Shown: one piece after another, positions 1-9,403 of the stretch | Position numbering within the stretch: position 1 is the stretch's first letter | How the letters are laid out: each line of letters starts with the position of its first letter | From: a virus | Length of the DNA: 64,000 bases | IMG/VR virus record: IMGVR_UViG_3300048838_001252 | Location: 1-64,000 of that record | Direction: 5' to 3' (one strand) | Made by a program: the position numbers and the translations under genes | The notes under the pieces: model-generated | Databases searched by the model: none | What the model was told of the DNA's origin: nothing | Seen by the model: the letters and a program-made list of their open reading frames with translations, nothing else

Positions 1-1
1 A

Positions 2-721
2 TAAACTATAATTAGTTAAATTATAATTTATTTTACCACCCTTTTTCGGTCTATTATTAAAATAAATTGGATATTTTATAGACTGTAACGATAATTTTAA
101 TTCAGGAAACATATCTATATGAACCACTCTAATATTTTCACATTTTTTTAATTCATATCCCTTCTCACGCATTTTAGTGTTTAATGTAAAATCCCAAAAT
201 GTTGATTCGTCAACAACCCAATAATTTATATCTTCGACCACTTTTCTACGCTGTATATTTACGCAAGTTACTATATTTACATCTCCAAAAATAACCCCCT
301 GATAATCAATTTTATTTTGAATTGAAATAACACCACCAACACCATTTCTTTTCAACATTAATTGTCCAATTTTAGGAAAAGCATCCATGACCTTCACAAT
401 TTCACGTAAAAAATATTCGGTTATAGGTGGACAATCGTTATCCCACTGCATTGTATATTCACAATCTTCATCCAGATTTTCATAACCAATTTTAGTTCCA
501 CCAAAATCACCCAGATTTTCTGTAAGATAAATTGGTTTTATTTTATAATAACCTTCTTTTTCTAAAGATTTTAACCATTGTCCAGTACCATCTGTACTTG
601 CTTGGTCTATAACAATTATTTTATAATCATCATATCCAGCCAAACGGTCAATTTCTCTTATTGTCAAAGAAGTATATTCCAGACGATTAAATGCTCTTAT
701 TATAATATTTACTCTTGCCAT
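2..721 (-). CDS. Glycosyltransferase family 2 protein (partial, runs off window start)
   Basis: Not in ORF track. ATG at 721 reads MARVNIIIRAFNRLEY...IIVIDQASTDGT...QWDND, matching the GT2 N-terminal strand, DxxSTDGT and DxD-like motifs. The frame is open to the window edge. Confidence 0.8.
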   Translation of the reverse strand, partial: MARVNIIIRAFNRLEYTSLTIREIDRLAGYDDYKIIVIDQASTDGTGQWLKSLEKEGYYKIKPIYLTENLGDFGGTKIGYENLDEDCEYTMQWDNDCPPITEYFLREIVKVMDAFPKIGQLMLKRNGVGGVISIQNKIDYQGVIFGDVNIVTCVNIQRRKVVEDINYWVVDESTFWDFTLNTKMREKGYELKKCENIRVVHIDMFPELKLSLQSIKYPIYFNNRPKKGGKINYNLTNYSL

Positions 722-738
722 TGTTTTATCTTTAAATA

Positions 739-1371
739 CTAAAAATTATGTTTTCTCCTAATGGCATTTACTGCGTCAACCTCACTATTTGAATTTGAAG
801 TGATACCGGAATCCAGATAATAGGCATAAAACGTCTTATCGTGCACTAAAACACCTTTACCACCCTGTTTTACAATTGTCAACCAGACATCCCAATCTTG
901 AAGTCTTCTCAGGCTTTCATCGAAACCCGGAAACGCTTCTCTGCGCACCAAACTCATTGTTGAAATATAATTACCATATTTTAACGCATCAGCATTAAAC
1001 TGCATTGCGGGAATCTGAAAATTTCCACGCATTGGGTGTGTTTCGGGATGCAACACAATACCGTGATATCCAGTATATGTAAAACTCAGTGTGGGGTCTT
1101 TAAGTAGTGGTTGTAATAATGATGATATATAATTGGCTGGTAACAAGATATCATCATCACAAAAAAACAAAAAAGGTTGCGTGGACTTCTTGAATCCTGC
1201 ATTTCTTTTCTTAGGTGCGCTACCTTCATCATCATTAACAATAATTTCAATTACGTCATTTGCCTCAATTAAAGGCAAAACCATGTTTTCAAAAAATTCT
1301 TTTCTGTTTTTACTTAGCGGAATTATAACACTTACTGGTAATCCATCATCTACTTTGTCTACTTTTATCAT
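739..1371 (-). CDS. Glycosyltransferase family 2
   Basis: VSVIIP, RNAG, FCDDD (DxD) and FDESLRRLQDWDVWL motifs. Confidence 0.85.
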   Translation of the reverse strand: MIKVDKVDDGLPVSVIIPLSKNRKEFFENMVLPLIEANDVIEIIVNDDEGSAPKKRNAGFKKSTQPFLFFCDDDILLPANYISSLLQPLLKDPTLSFTYTGYHGIVLHPETHPMRGNFQIPAMQFNADALKYGNYISTMSLVRREAFPGFDESLRRLQDWDVWLTIVKQGGKGVLVHDKTFYAYYLDSGITSNSNSEVDAVNAIRRKHNF

Positions 1372-2060
1372 TCTTCATAGCTTATTGGCAAATCATTTTT
1401 ATATTTTTCTACGAATTGTTTTCTATTTTCTTCCCATTGTTGATTTGTCATACCTACTGATTGATGTAAAATTCTGATGTCCGTAGTAACACCGATTTCA
1501 CAACCATCAAGATAATTTGGAACACAAAAACTGAGGTCATACAAGTGAAAACCTTTGAATTCTTCGTCCCATAAATCACAAATATTATTACAGTCTGCTG
1601 CAATAAAAAGACCGTCAACAAGTACCACTGGTTTTACAAATCCCTTTTTAGGTGGTGAATATTCATTTACCCAAGTAGTAATTCCGTTTGTGTGTTCAAC
1701 GACTCCATGCATTTTTGACCTGTCGTGCCACCACACACCATTTTCTGCCAAAAATGTTGTACCTGCAACACCTATAATCTGAAAATTCTTATAATTAAAA
1801 ATATTCAAAAGTATTTTACCCCACTCTTTGGTTTTAAATGAGATATCATTATGACAGAACACAATAATTGCGGTTTCATTATTATGTTCTTTAATTGCCC
1901 GGTTATAAATCTCTGGAAGACTAAACTGGTTGAAGTTAGGGTAGCAAACAGCTTTATGTTTCACACCAATTGTTGCTCCGATGTGCTGAATAAATTTCTG
2001 ATTTTCTTCCTCCGATAGATGTGAAGAAAACACCACTACAATATTATCCTTTTTTATCAT
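1368..2060 (-). CDS. Glycosyltransferase-like (GT-A fold) protein
   Basis: YNRAI...VFCHND...IGVAG...VDGLFIA...FHLYDLSFC pattern; 4-bp overlap with the GT2 gene. Confidence 0.7.
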   Translation of the reverse strand: MIKKDNIVVVFSSHLSEEENQKFIQHIGATIGVKHKAVCYPNFNQFSLPEIYNRAIKEHNNETAIIVFCHNDISFKTKEWGKILLNIFNYKNFQIIGVAGTTFLAENGVWWHDRSKMHGVVEHTNGITTWVNEYSPPKKGFVKPVVLVDGLFIAADCNNICDLWDEEFKGFHLYDLSFCVPNYLDGCEIGVTTDIRILHQSVGMTNQQWEENRKQFVEKYKNDLPISYEE

Positions 2061-2590
2061 TGAGTAATATTTATTTCGCTTATAGCCTTATAAAAATAAT
2101 CAGTAAATGAACTCCTTCTTTCCCAATATGTCACAAGTAAAGCAGAAATAATCCAGTATTCTGCTTTACCAATTAGTTCACCATTTTCGTTCTTTTGTAT
2201 TTTTATAAACCAATAATGTGTAACATCTTTTTGAAAATGTGCTTTACAATTGACAGTTAAATTTGAATTGTCGGCTCTAACACCCTTCACATCAATCTTA
2301 AAACCATCGATAAATACATCTGCCGATTTTATTGGTCTTTCTTCAATTATTTCAAGTGCGGTATGTTTAATATTTTTTTCCGTTAAAAACTGAACAGCAA
2401 TTAGTTCTGCTGTAACTCCTAATTCATCTACACTACTTGCAAGACTACCTCTGTCATATTCAGGGGCAACTTCATGGAGTTTTGAATTAGTTTGTGTGCG
2501 TTTTTCACCGAAAAACCTTGCCTTTTCCTGAATTTCCTTGGGGTTTTCGAATGTAATTACACCGTGTTTTTCAAATGGAAAATCATTCAT
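2057..2590 (-). CDS. PD-(D/E)XK nuclease-like protein
   Basis: G-x-x-AE...D-x7-DVK motif (GVTAE...DVFIDGFKIDVK). Confidence 0.5.
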   Translation of the reverse strand: MNDFPFEKHGVITFENPKEIQEKARFFGEKRTQTNSKLHEVAPEYDRGSLASSVDELGVTAELIAVQFLTEKNIKHTALEIIEERPIKSADVFIDGFKIDVKGVRADNSNLTVNCKAHFQKDVTHYWFIKIQKNENGELIGKAEYWIISALLVTYWERRSSFTDYFYKAISEINITQ

Positions 2591-2609
2591 TTATGTTATT
2601 TTTAATTTA

Positions 2610-2640
2610 CAAACATAATGAATTAAAACCGGAATGTCAA
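2610..2640 (-). promoter_or_regulatory. Bacteroidota sigmaA-type promoter
   Basis: Minus strand TTG-N20-TATGTTTG upstream of ATG 2590. Confidence 0.6.
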
Positions 2641-2643
2641 GGA

Positions 2644-2958
2644 TTATTGATTTTTGTATGCAGTTAATATTGCTTCGTAATCTGCCTTGACCTTTTGAAG
2701 TGGAAATGGTATCCTGATGAGTGTACCATCGGGGATGTCGAACTCATTCACAAACTCCGAATTTGCATAGAGAATCAGAAAATCATAGAAAGGATTACCA
2801 TAGTATTTTTGTGAAAGTTTATCCATTCTACTATACTCGGTATTCCAATACTCGTATTTATCACTCGGATTAGTGGGTAATTTTACAAAAGGCATTGAAG
2901 CAGTTGTACCATTACTGTTTTTTAATACCGAATATCTATTATAATCTACTTGTGGCAT
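2644..2958 (-). CDS. Baseplate wedge protein (gp53/LysM-like)
   Basis: RMDKLSQKYYGNP...ILYAN...IPDGTLIRIP is typical of gp53/tail-X LysM-like proteins. Confidence 0.7.
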   Translation of the reverse strand: MPQVDYNRYSVLKNSNGTTASMPFVKLPTNPSDKYEYWNTEYSRMDKLSQKYYGNPFYDFLILYANSEFVNEFDIPDGTLIRIPFPLQKVKADYEAILTAYKNQ

Positions 2959-2960
2959 AA

Positions 2961-5900
2961 TTAACTTTCTTTATATCTATCTGGATTTTTTATTTTATCT
3001 TCTTTTGTTAGTTGTTCAATCTTTGAATTTAGAACTCCCTTCATAAAACTTTCTTGGATATCTGCAACACCTGAAGGTAATTGATATCTACCTTTATCTG
3101 TGAAGTTAGAGTTTGCATAATAATTATAAGTACATGCGTTTTGAAGTGCATCGATAGGTCCTTTCAACGACTGACCACCCATAATCTTGATGTTTAACGT
3201 AACGTTTGCCATCATGGGTTGCATACCAAAACCTTCGGGGTTCATATCCCAAGTTGTGTCATTATAATCAATATTTATGCTCTCTATAATAATTTTCGTA
3301 TAGAAAAAGTCACCTATTCTTAATATACAGATTGGCTGACGACCAAAAACAGAATTTCTTGCGGTTAAATCACCATCTACATTTGAAGTACTATATCTTC
3401 TTGCAGCACCCTGTCTTGTGCATTGTTGTAAGAATGTCAAGCGTTTATGAAAATCTTCCGGGGTCTGTGTATGAAAAATAGGATAATAATAATTACCATT
3501 TATTGATTTAAAACCACCAAGAATTGCACCATCACCTTCACTACTTTCGGTTTTACTTCTTTGGTTGTAAACATTATCACCAATTTTAGATTTAATTGTG
3601 TTTAATTTTGAATAAAGAAAGTCAATCTCTCTTTTTTTCTTACCTATAATTTCTTGTTCATCTGGTGTTAGTTTAACGGTTTTATTTGGTGTATCCTTAC
3701 TATTTCTTCGTATTGAAATATACGCAACCCTTTCATTTTTAGTGTCTTCTTCAGGTATTGCTGCCTTTGTTGCATTTTCCTTTTCTGCCTGTGTATCTCC
3801 AATACTACTACCTCTTTCATTATCATATATTACATCAATACCATCAGCCACACTCTTACCAAACATGGTTTCGAGTTTCTTTTTAATTAAATTTATAGTA
3901 GCATCTGCTCTACGTTTTCCTAATGCTAAATTATATTTATTTCCGGCTTCAATATCATTAGGATTTAATTCGGTATATAATTTAGATGCAGCACCATAGA
4001 CATATACAGAATATAATGGTCGTACATCTTCATTTTCAAATATTTCTTTAAGTCTTTTATTTAAAAGAGATTCACCATATGGTGCTTGATTATTTACACT
4101 AACTGCGGTATATTGTGAAACCGCATTTGCAACATTTTTATCTAAAATAAGTTTTGTCTCTCCACTTACTATTGTTGAAGTAATACCACTGATAAAATAA
4201 ATTTCATCATTTAAACCATATGCGGTAGTATCATTAATTAAATCAGATTCTAATCCATCCCATATCTCATAACCATTTCTATACATGGTATCAATAATGG
4301 TAGTAAGGTTGTCTTCGACCCTTGGAACATCATTTGGAAATCTTATTGTTAATGCATATGATTTTGCTTCAGGTTCTGCAGTAACTGGTTTACCCTCAAT
4401 ATCTTTAACATCATTATCTAAATCCCTTATTTTTATTTCAATTTTATCAATTTCGGCTTCTTCTACCTGCGCTTCCAATAAATCACCACCAAATGCAAAA
4501 AATTCTGAAATATCTTTATGCTTTCCATCTGGTGAAATATAATTTCTTAGGTGTTCAGGATAGTCCATAAGTAATGAAAATGAAACTGTTGCATTTCTTT
4601 CTGAATGCATATAATTATACATTGGTTCATTTCTACCAATCATCACCGTTGAATCCCATTTTGCTACTGCGGTTTCTACAATTTCAAGATTATATGGTGG
4701 AAACCACATGATACGACCATTGAACGGTCCGACCTCACTCAATGGTATTGGTGAACCCTGTTCATCATCCATAATACCATATGTACCCTTACTAATTACT
4801 CCAACTGCAAGGTTTTCAATACTAAACATCAGGTTTTTATTGTTTGTAATACCATTTTCCAATGCAGGTAATGTAGGATGAATTCTTGGCAATACACTAT
4901 CATATATTACTGAATTTTCATTTCCATCATAAACAATATTACCATTAAATCTAATTGCTTTTGCAAATCTGTCATATTGGTCTAATATTGTGTGTTGACG
5001 AACACCCTTTTTTCCTGCAATTCCGCTTTCCTGTGCATATTTACTATCATTAGCAGTCCATAAACCAGCACCCTGTAAACCAGTTAGTTTATTACCATCA
5101 GTAAATGCTTTTCTTGTTATATCAACAAATCTACCATTTGTAGCATTTAGTAAGTTTCTTGTGTATTCAAGTAATCCGGCTTTAACTTTAAAATTACCAT
5201 CAAAAGTATTGGCTTGAGCACCAGAACTTAATGCGTCACTACTCACACCCGGACGTAAATCACCTAATTCATTCTTAACTGCATCTGTTGTACCATTTAA
5301 ACCCCAGATAATCTTGTTTTCAATTGCATCTCCCGTAAATTCAGTGTTATTGTCCACCCAATTATTTGGGTTCGGACTTCTTAAATCTTCCCTGCTAATA
5401 TCAGGTGTTTTATTTGATTTACCAAAATTTGCATCAATATAATCTGTAGAAGGTGCATATTCCTGTGTTTCTCCACCGGAATTTTTATATGAAGACATCA
5501 TGTTTAAATCCGCATCATTAACAACAGCACCATCAGGACGATTACTTAAATAAGGATATTGAAGTTCACTATCAAAATTAAAAAATGTACGGTTATCAGT
5601 AATAGTATTTCTTGGTAAAATTGGTTTATCTACAATATTACCATATTCTGTTAATGTACTATCATTTTGTTTATAAATGTTTTGATTAATTGCAGAATAT
5701 AAAAATCCTAATTGACCATATCCACTATTTTTAATATAATCGGCATTGTTGGGATTCTTTGTAAAAGGATATCCCTTTGAAGGATGTGGAGTTGAGACGG
5801 TACGAAAAAATAATCTATCAAGAAAATTTTCAAAATCAGTATCACCCTCTTTTCTGGTAATACTAAAATTTATGTTTGGTGTAAATAATTTTGTGTTTTT

Positions 5901-6257
5901 AGCACCATCAAATAAGTTTGATACTTTTATAGTAGGAAATGTTTGTTGTGCAAGATTTGATGAGAAATTATATGCGAATTGTGTACCCAACATAGCCAAA
6001 CCAATTTCAGTTAATGGTGTCGGATTAGTAATAAGCCTACCGTAAACAGTATTTTTTAAATTATAAGACTTAAATGGAGCAACTGCACTAATTATACCAC
6101 TGATTGAGTCAACGACCCTATTAGCCGAATTCTGATTAGTAAGTGAATACTCAACATCCGGTGTGTAAAGATTTCGTGTATATAATGTTTCCCTGAGATT
6201 ATTTGAATTTGTTAATAGTCTCGAAGGATTGTAATTATAGGTACTGCTATCTGCCAT
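2961..6257 (-). CDS. Large baseplate/tail-tube-initiator-like virion protein with inserted OmpA-like domain
   Basis: FPPY...IGRNEP.Y.Y and P..ILRIGDF...IIESINIDY...WD...QPM.ANVTL tube-like motifs; internal GAAS...YNLALGKRRA...R; follows the tape measure gene. Confidence 0.6.
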   Translation of the reverse strand: MADSSTYNYNPSRLLTNSNNLRETLYTRNLYTPDVEYSLTNQNSANRVVDSISGIISAVAPFKSYNLKNTVYGRLITNPTPLTEIGLAMLGTQFAYNFSSNLAQQTFPTIKVSNLFDGAKNTKLFTPNINFSITRKEGDTDFENFLDRLFFRTVSTPHPSKGYPFTKNPNNADYIKNSGYGQLGFLYSAINQNIYKQNDSTLTEYGNIVDKPILPRNTITDNRTFFNFDSELQYPYLSNRPDGAVVNDADLNMMSSYKNSGGETQEYAPSTDYIDANFGKSNKTPDISREDLRSPNPNNWVDNNTEFTGDAIENKIIWGLNGTTDAVKNELGDLRPGVSSDALSSGAQANTFDGNFKVKAGLLEYTRNLLNATNGRFVDITRKAFTDGNKLTGLQGAGLWTANDSKYAQESGIAGKKGVRQHTILDQYDRFAKAIRFNGNIVYDGNENSVIYDSVLPRIHPTLPALENGITNNKNLMFSIENLAVGVISKGTYGIMDDEQGSPIPLSEVGPFNGRIMWFPPYNLEIVETAVAKWDSTVMIGRNEPMYNYMHSERNATVSFSLLMDYPEHLRNYISPDGKHKDISEFFAFGGDLLEAQVEEAEIDKIEIKIRDLDNDVKDIEGKPVTAEPEAKSYALTIRFPNDVPRVEDNLTTIIDTMYRNGYEIWDGLESDLINDTTAYGLNDEIYFISGITSTIVSGETKLILDKNVANAVSQYTAVSVNNQAPYGESLLNKRLKEIFENEDVRPLYSVYVYGAASKLYTELNPNDIEAGNKYNLALGKRRADATINLIKKKLETMFGKSVADGIDVIYDNERGSSIGDTQAEKENATKAAIPEEDTKNERVAYISIRRNSKDTPNKTVKLTPDEQEIIGKKKREIDFLYSKLNTIKSKIGDNVYNQRSKTESSEGDGAILGGFKSINGNYYYPIFHTQTPEDFHKRLTFLQQCTRQGAARRYSTSNVDGDLTARNSVFGRQPICILRIGDFFYTKIIIESINIDYNDTTWDMNPEGFGMQPMMANVTLNIKIMGGQSLKGPIDALQNACTYNYYANSNFTDKGRYQLPSGVADIQESFMKGVLNSKIEQLTKEDKIKNPDRYKES

Positions 6258-6607
6258 TAAGATTTATTTTTAATAAATACTTGCAGAATAATTTTATATA
6301 TACTACTTTTACATTGCCGAAATCCGTCCCAACGCAAAAAACATTAATAATATCTTTTATCTCAAACTAATTTTGGGTACTAAATCAATAATACCCTTTG
6401 ATAATTAATATTAAATGATTAATTTTGAGTTTTCGAAGAAAATGAGCATAGTTATCCCATATTGTCAAGTTATGATTTTATTTGTAAAGAAAATCACAAA
6501 CATTGGAACTTTGTTCTTTGATTCGGAGAAGCGAAGAAAGAGTTTTGAAGTCAAATTTGACATTCTGTCGTCAGACAACCACTGAGAGTTTTGACGAAAA
6601 AACTTGT

Positions 6608-6639
6608 CGAAGTTACAAAAAATAAAATTAAAAAACAAG
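6608..6639 (-). promoter_or_regulatory. Possible sigmaA-type promoter facing a 415-bp non-coding region
   Basis: Minus strand CTTG-N20-TAACTTCG (one mismatch to TAnnTTTG). Confidence 0.35.
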
Positions 6640-6674
6640 ACTTTTTTGTAAGATAGATAAAAAATTTTTAAAAA

Positions 6675-9164
6675 TTATCCTGATGCATATCCGTTTTTAA
6701 CTTCCAAGTCCCTTTGTACACGGGCATTTGGACGATAGGTTTTTTGAAAGATTTTTTCACCATCAATTTGCATTGTTATATTACTTACGACTGCAACGTT
6801 TTTATCATTAAATTCTACCTTTAAAGGTTTTTTTAACATATTAGCGAGTTCAGTAAGTGCACCCCCACCTCTAATATTTGCTTTTGAAATACTTGCAACT
6901 GCATTTTGAATTGCAATCCAGTCATCTTTTGTACCTTTCATAGATACACCCATTTTTGCAATTGAGTTAGCAACAAGAGCAGTTGCACCAGCACCTATTG
7001 CTACAGCAGCCATTACTCCGGCAAATGCACCAATACCTAATGCACTTAAAGGATTACTGAATAAAGCAAGTGAACCAGCAATACCTGCAATTCCACCAGC
7101 AACCATCAACATATCTTTTCCTGCACCCTTCGAAGAACTAACAAGTGAACCAAGTCCTTCTGCCATTTTTCCAATACCTTTTGCAGCTAAGTTTATACCA
7201 AATCCGATACCAACTGCAGCAACACCAAGTGCTAATAATCCAACTGCACCAGCAGTACTTGCACCAGCAGCAGCAGCAATAGCTGGGGTAAATGCAAAAA
7301 ATGATGCAGATAAAGCCAATACTGTTGCAGGTAATGCCCAGATTTGTGTACTATCTAATGCACTCATTGATTTTGCGAGTTCGCCTATACCTTTTGCTGC
7401 CAACATTACGCCAGCACCAATACCTGCAGCAGCAGCACCGACACCAGCACCTGTTCCAAGTGCTTTCATACCAGCACCTTTGGAAGCAGCACCTGCACCA
7501 ATACCTCTACGTTGTTCAGCTAAACCGCTTGGACTTCCGGGAAGAACAGATGCAGTACCAGCATTTCCAACACTTCTTCCAACACCAGCACCTTTAGTAA
7601 CCCATTTTTCAATACCGTGATTAAATTTAGTAACTACACCTTTCCAAATTACAGCAGCAGCAATTAAACCTGCACCCGTTCCCCATGCGCCAATTGATTT
7701 AGAAAAGTTTGTAAGTGGTTCTAAGATATTTGTTCTTGTCCAAGTTAATGTTTTATTAATTGTATTTAAAATTGGTAATAATGTTGCTTTTAATTCATTA
7801 AGTGTTGCTTTCAGAGTTTCTTCGAAGGTCATTGCTTCTTTTGCACGTTTTTCTAAACTCACAGTTTCTTTGGCAAAACTTTCTGCCTGTGCTTTTGTTA
7901 AATTAGCAACATCTTGCATTTTACCAGCAAGTTTAACTTCAAATCTTCCGGTTTCTTTATTAAATATAGCAGCACCTTCAATAAGTTCTTTTTCCTTATC
8001 ACCCAATCCCATACCCGCCATTTGTTGACGCATTCTCTGAATTTCTGCCTGTCTTTCAGCCATTTCTGTTAAAGCACTGGCTTCCATACCCAGAGATTTA
8101 GCAACAGCAGCAAGCCTATCACGGTCGGCAGGACTAATAAATTTCTCAAAACTACCATCAGCCATTTTTCTAAAGGTAACAACACCCTTAGTCATTTCTG
8201 TAATTTTTTCAGTAAATTTTGCCGGGTCATTACGAGATAAGAAAAGCATTTCGAACGGGTCGGTTTTTGCAAATTCACCACCCATAATCTGTAGGTTTGC
8301 AGCTAAGTCAATAGCACCTTCAAGACTTCTGGCAACATCAGCAGCATTAAGTGCTTGAGTAATATCTACTCTGAACTTTTCAGCATAACTTGCCATTTGA
8401 GCAAAACCCTTAACACCTTGTTGAAAAGTATATGTGTTTAATCTTTTAAAATTATCATTAACATTTTTTAATACTTTAGTAGTATTAACACCCATTCTTT
8501 CAGTTGTGTCTACAACACCCTGAACATATTCCATTGTAGACCTTGCATCAAAACCCATTAATTCAAATTGTGCACCAAGACGGGTTGCTTGTTCGATACC
8601 TAAACCAGTACCTTTACCAATTGCAGTAATATCCCTAACCATTTCTGCAGATAAAACACGTGCTCTTCCAGTTTCATCAGCATATCCGGTCATTATAGTA
8701 CCAACATCTTCAAGACTACCACCAAGACTTGCAACATATCCAGCAGACTGTTCAAATGAATCTCTCATTAGTGCTGCTTTAGCACCGGACATTCCTAAAT
8801 TAAGAATTGTTGATTTAATAATTTTGTCTGAGTCCATTAAATACCTGAGTCCCAGACTTATTTGATGATTTACTTCTTTAACTCTATCAACAAGTTTTTT
8901 TCTATTATTAACTTCCTTTTCTAATTGAGTATTAATTCCTTTTTGTCTGTTTTCAATTTCTTTTAAGTATTTTTCTTCTTCTTTAGTTAAATCCTTACCT
9001 TTACCACGAAGTTCAGCAATAATTTTTTCATTATTGGCAAGAATTTCTGCTTGACTCGCTCTGGCTTGCTCAATATTATTAAGAGCCAATGCTATAGTTT
9101 TTTGTTGTTCAAGCAAAAGATTTAATTCACGAAGTTCTTTAATAGTATCTTTATTGTCTGCCAT
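6675..9164 (-). CDS. Tail tape measure protein
   Basis: Long helical N-terminal half and Ala/Gly-rich hydrophobic C-terminal half; lies downstream of the chaperone and upstream of baseplate genes. Confidence 0.8.
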   Translation of the reverse strand: MADNKDTIKELRELNLLLEQQKTIALALNNIEQARASQAEILANNEKIIAELRGKGKDLTKEEEKYLKEIENRQKGINTQLEKEVNNRKKLVDRVKEVNHQISLGLRYLMDSDKIIKSTILNLGMSGAKAALMRDSFEQSAGYVASLGGSLEDVGTIMTGYADETGRARVLSAEMVRDITAIGKGTGLGIEQATRLGAQFELMGFDARSTMEYVQGVVDTTERMGVNTTKVLKNVNDNFKRLNTYTFQQGVKGFAQMASYAEKFRVDITQALNAADVARSLEGAIDLAANLQIMGGEFAKTDPFEMLFLSRNDPAKFTEKITEMTKGVVTFRKMADGSFEKFISPADRDRLAAVAKSLGMEASALTEMAERQAEIQRMRQQMAGMGLGDKEKELIEGAAIFNKETGRFEVKLAGKMQDVANLTKAQAESFAKETVSLEKRAKEAMTFEETLKATLNELKATLLPILNTINKTLTWTRTNILEPLTNFSKSIGAWGTGAGLIAAAVIWKGVVTKFNHGIEKWVTKGAGVGRSVGNAGTASVLPGSPSGLAEQRRGIGAGAASKGAGMKALGTGAGVGAAAAGIGAGVMLAAKGIGELAKSMSALDSTQIWALPATVLALSASFFAFTPAIAAAAGASTAGAVGLLALGVAAVGIGFGINLAAKGIGKMAEGLGSLVSSSKGAGKDMLMVAGGIAGIAGSLALFSNPLSALGIGAFAGVMAAVAIGAGATALVANSIAKMGVSMKGTKDDWIAIQNAVASISKANIRGGGALTELANMLKKPLKVEFNDKNVAVVSNITMQIDGEKIFQKTYRPNARVQRDLEVKNGYASG

Positions 9165-9191
9165 GTTAAAATTATTCTGTTACTATAAATA

Positions 9192-9221
9192 CAAAAGACC
9201 GAGATTTTATTTTCCCGGTCT
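9192..9221 (-). terminator. Rho-independent terminator
   Basis: Minus strand AGACCGGGA-aaataaaa-TCTCGGTCT followed by TTTG. Confidence 0.55.
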
Positions 9222-9386
9222 AAAGTTTATACTGTTTTTTTGTTTATCGTGTATTTTCTCAATTTCCTCATTTTCTTTATTAAGTAAAAATAGAAAATGT
9301 CGTCTGCGATATATCGGTAGATTTTCTATATAATCTGCTTGAAACTTAGCGTGTTTGGTCAATATATATATCTCTTCGTTGACCAT
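9207..9386 (-). CDS. Small baseplate-hub/tail assembly chaperone (gp51-like), 59 aa; probably also the -1 frameshift extension of the upstream gene
   Basis: Below the ORF-track cut-off: MVNEEIYILTKHAKFQADYIENLPIYRRRHFLFLLNKENEEIEK...; EIY.L.....F.....E.LP...R pattern. Confidence 0.7.
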   Translation of the reverse strand: MVNEEIYILTKHAKFQADYIENLPIYRRRHFLFLLNKENEEIEKIHDKQKNSINFRPGK

Positions 9387-9403
9387 TTTTTTGTATTCAC
9401 CCG

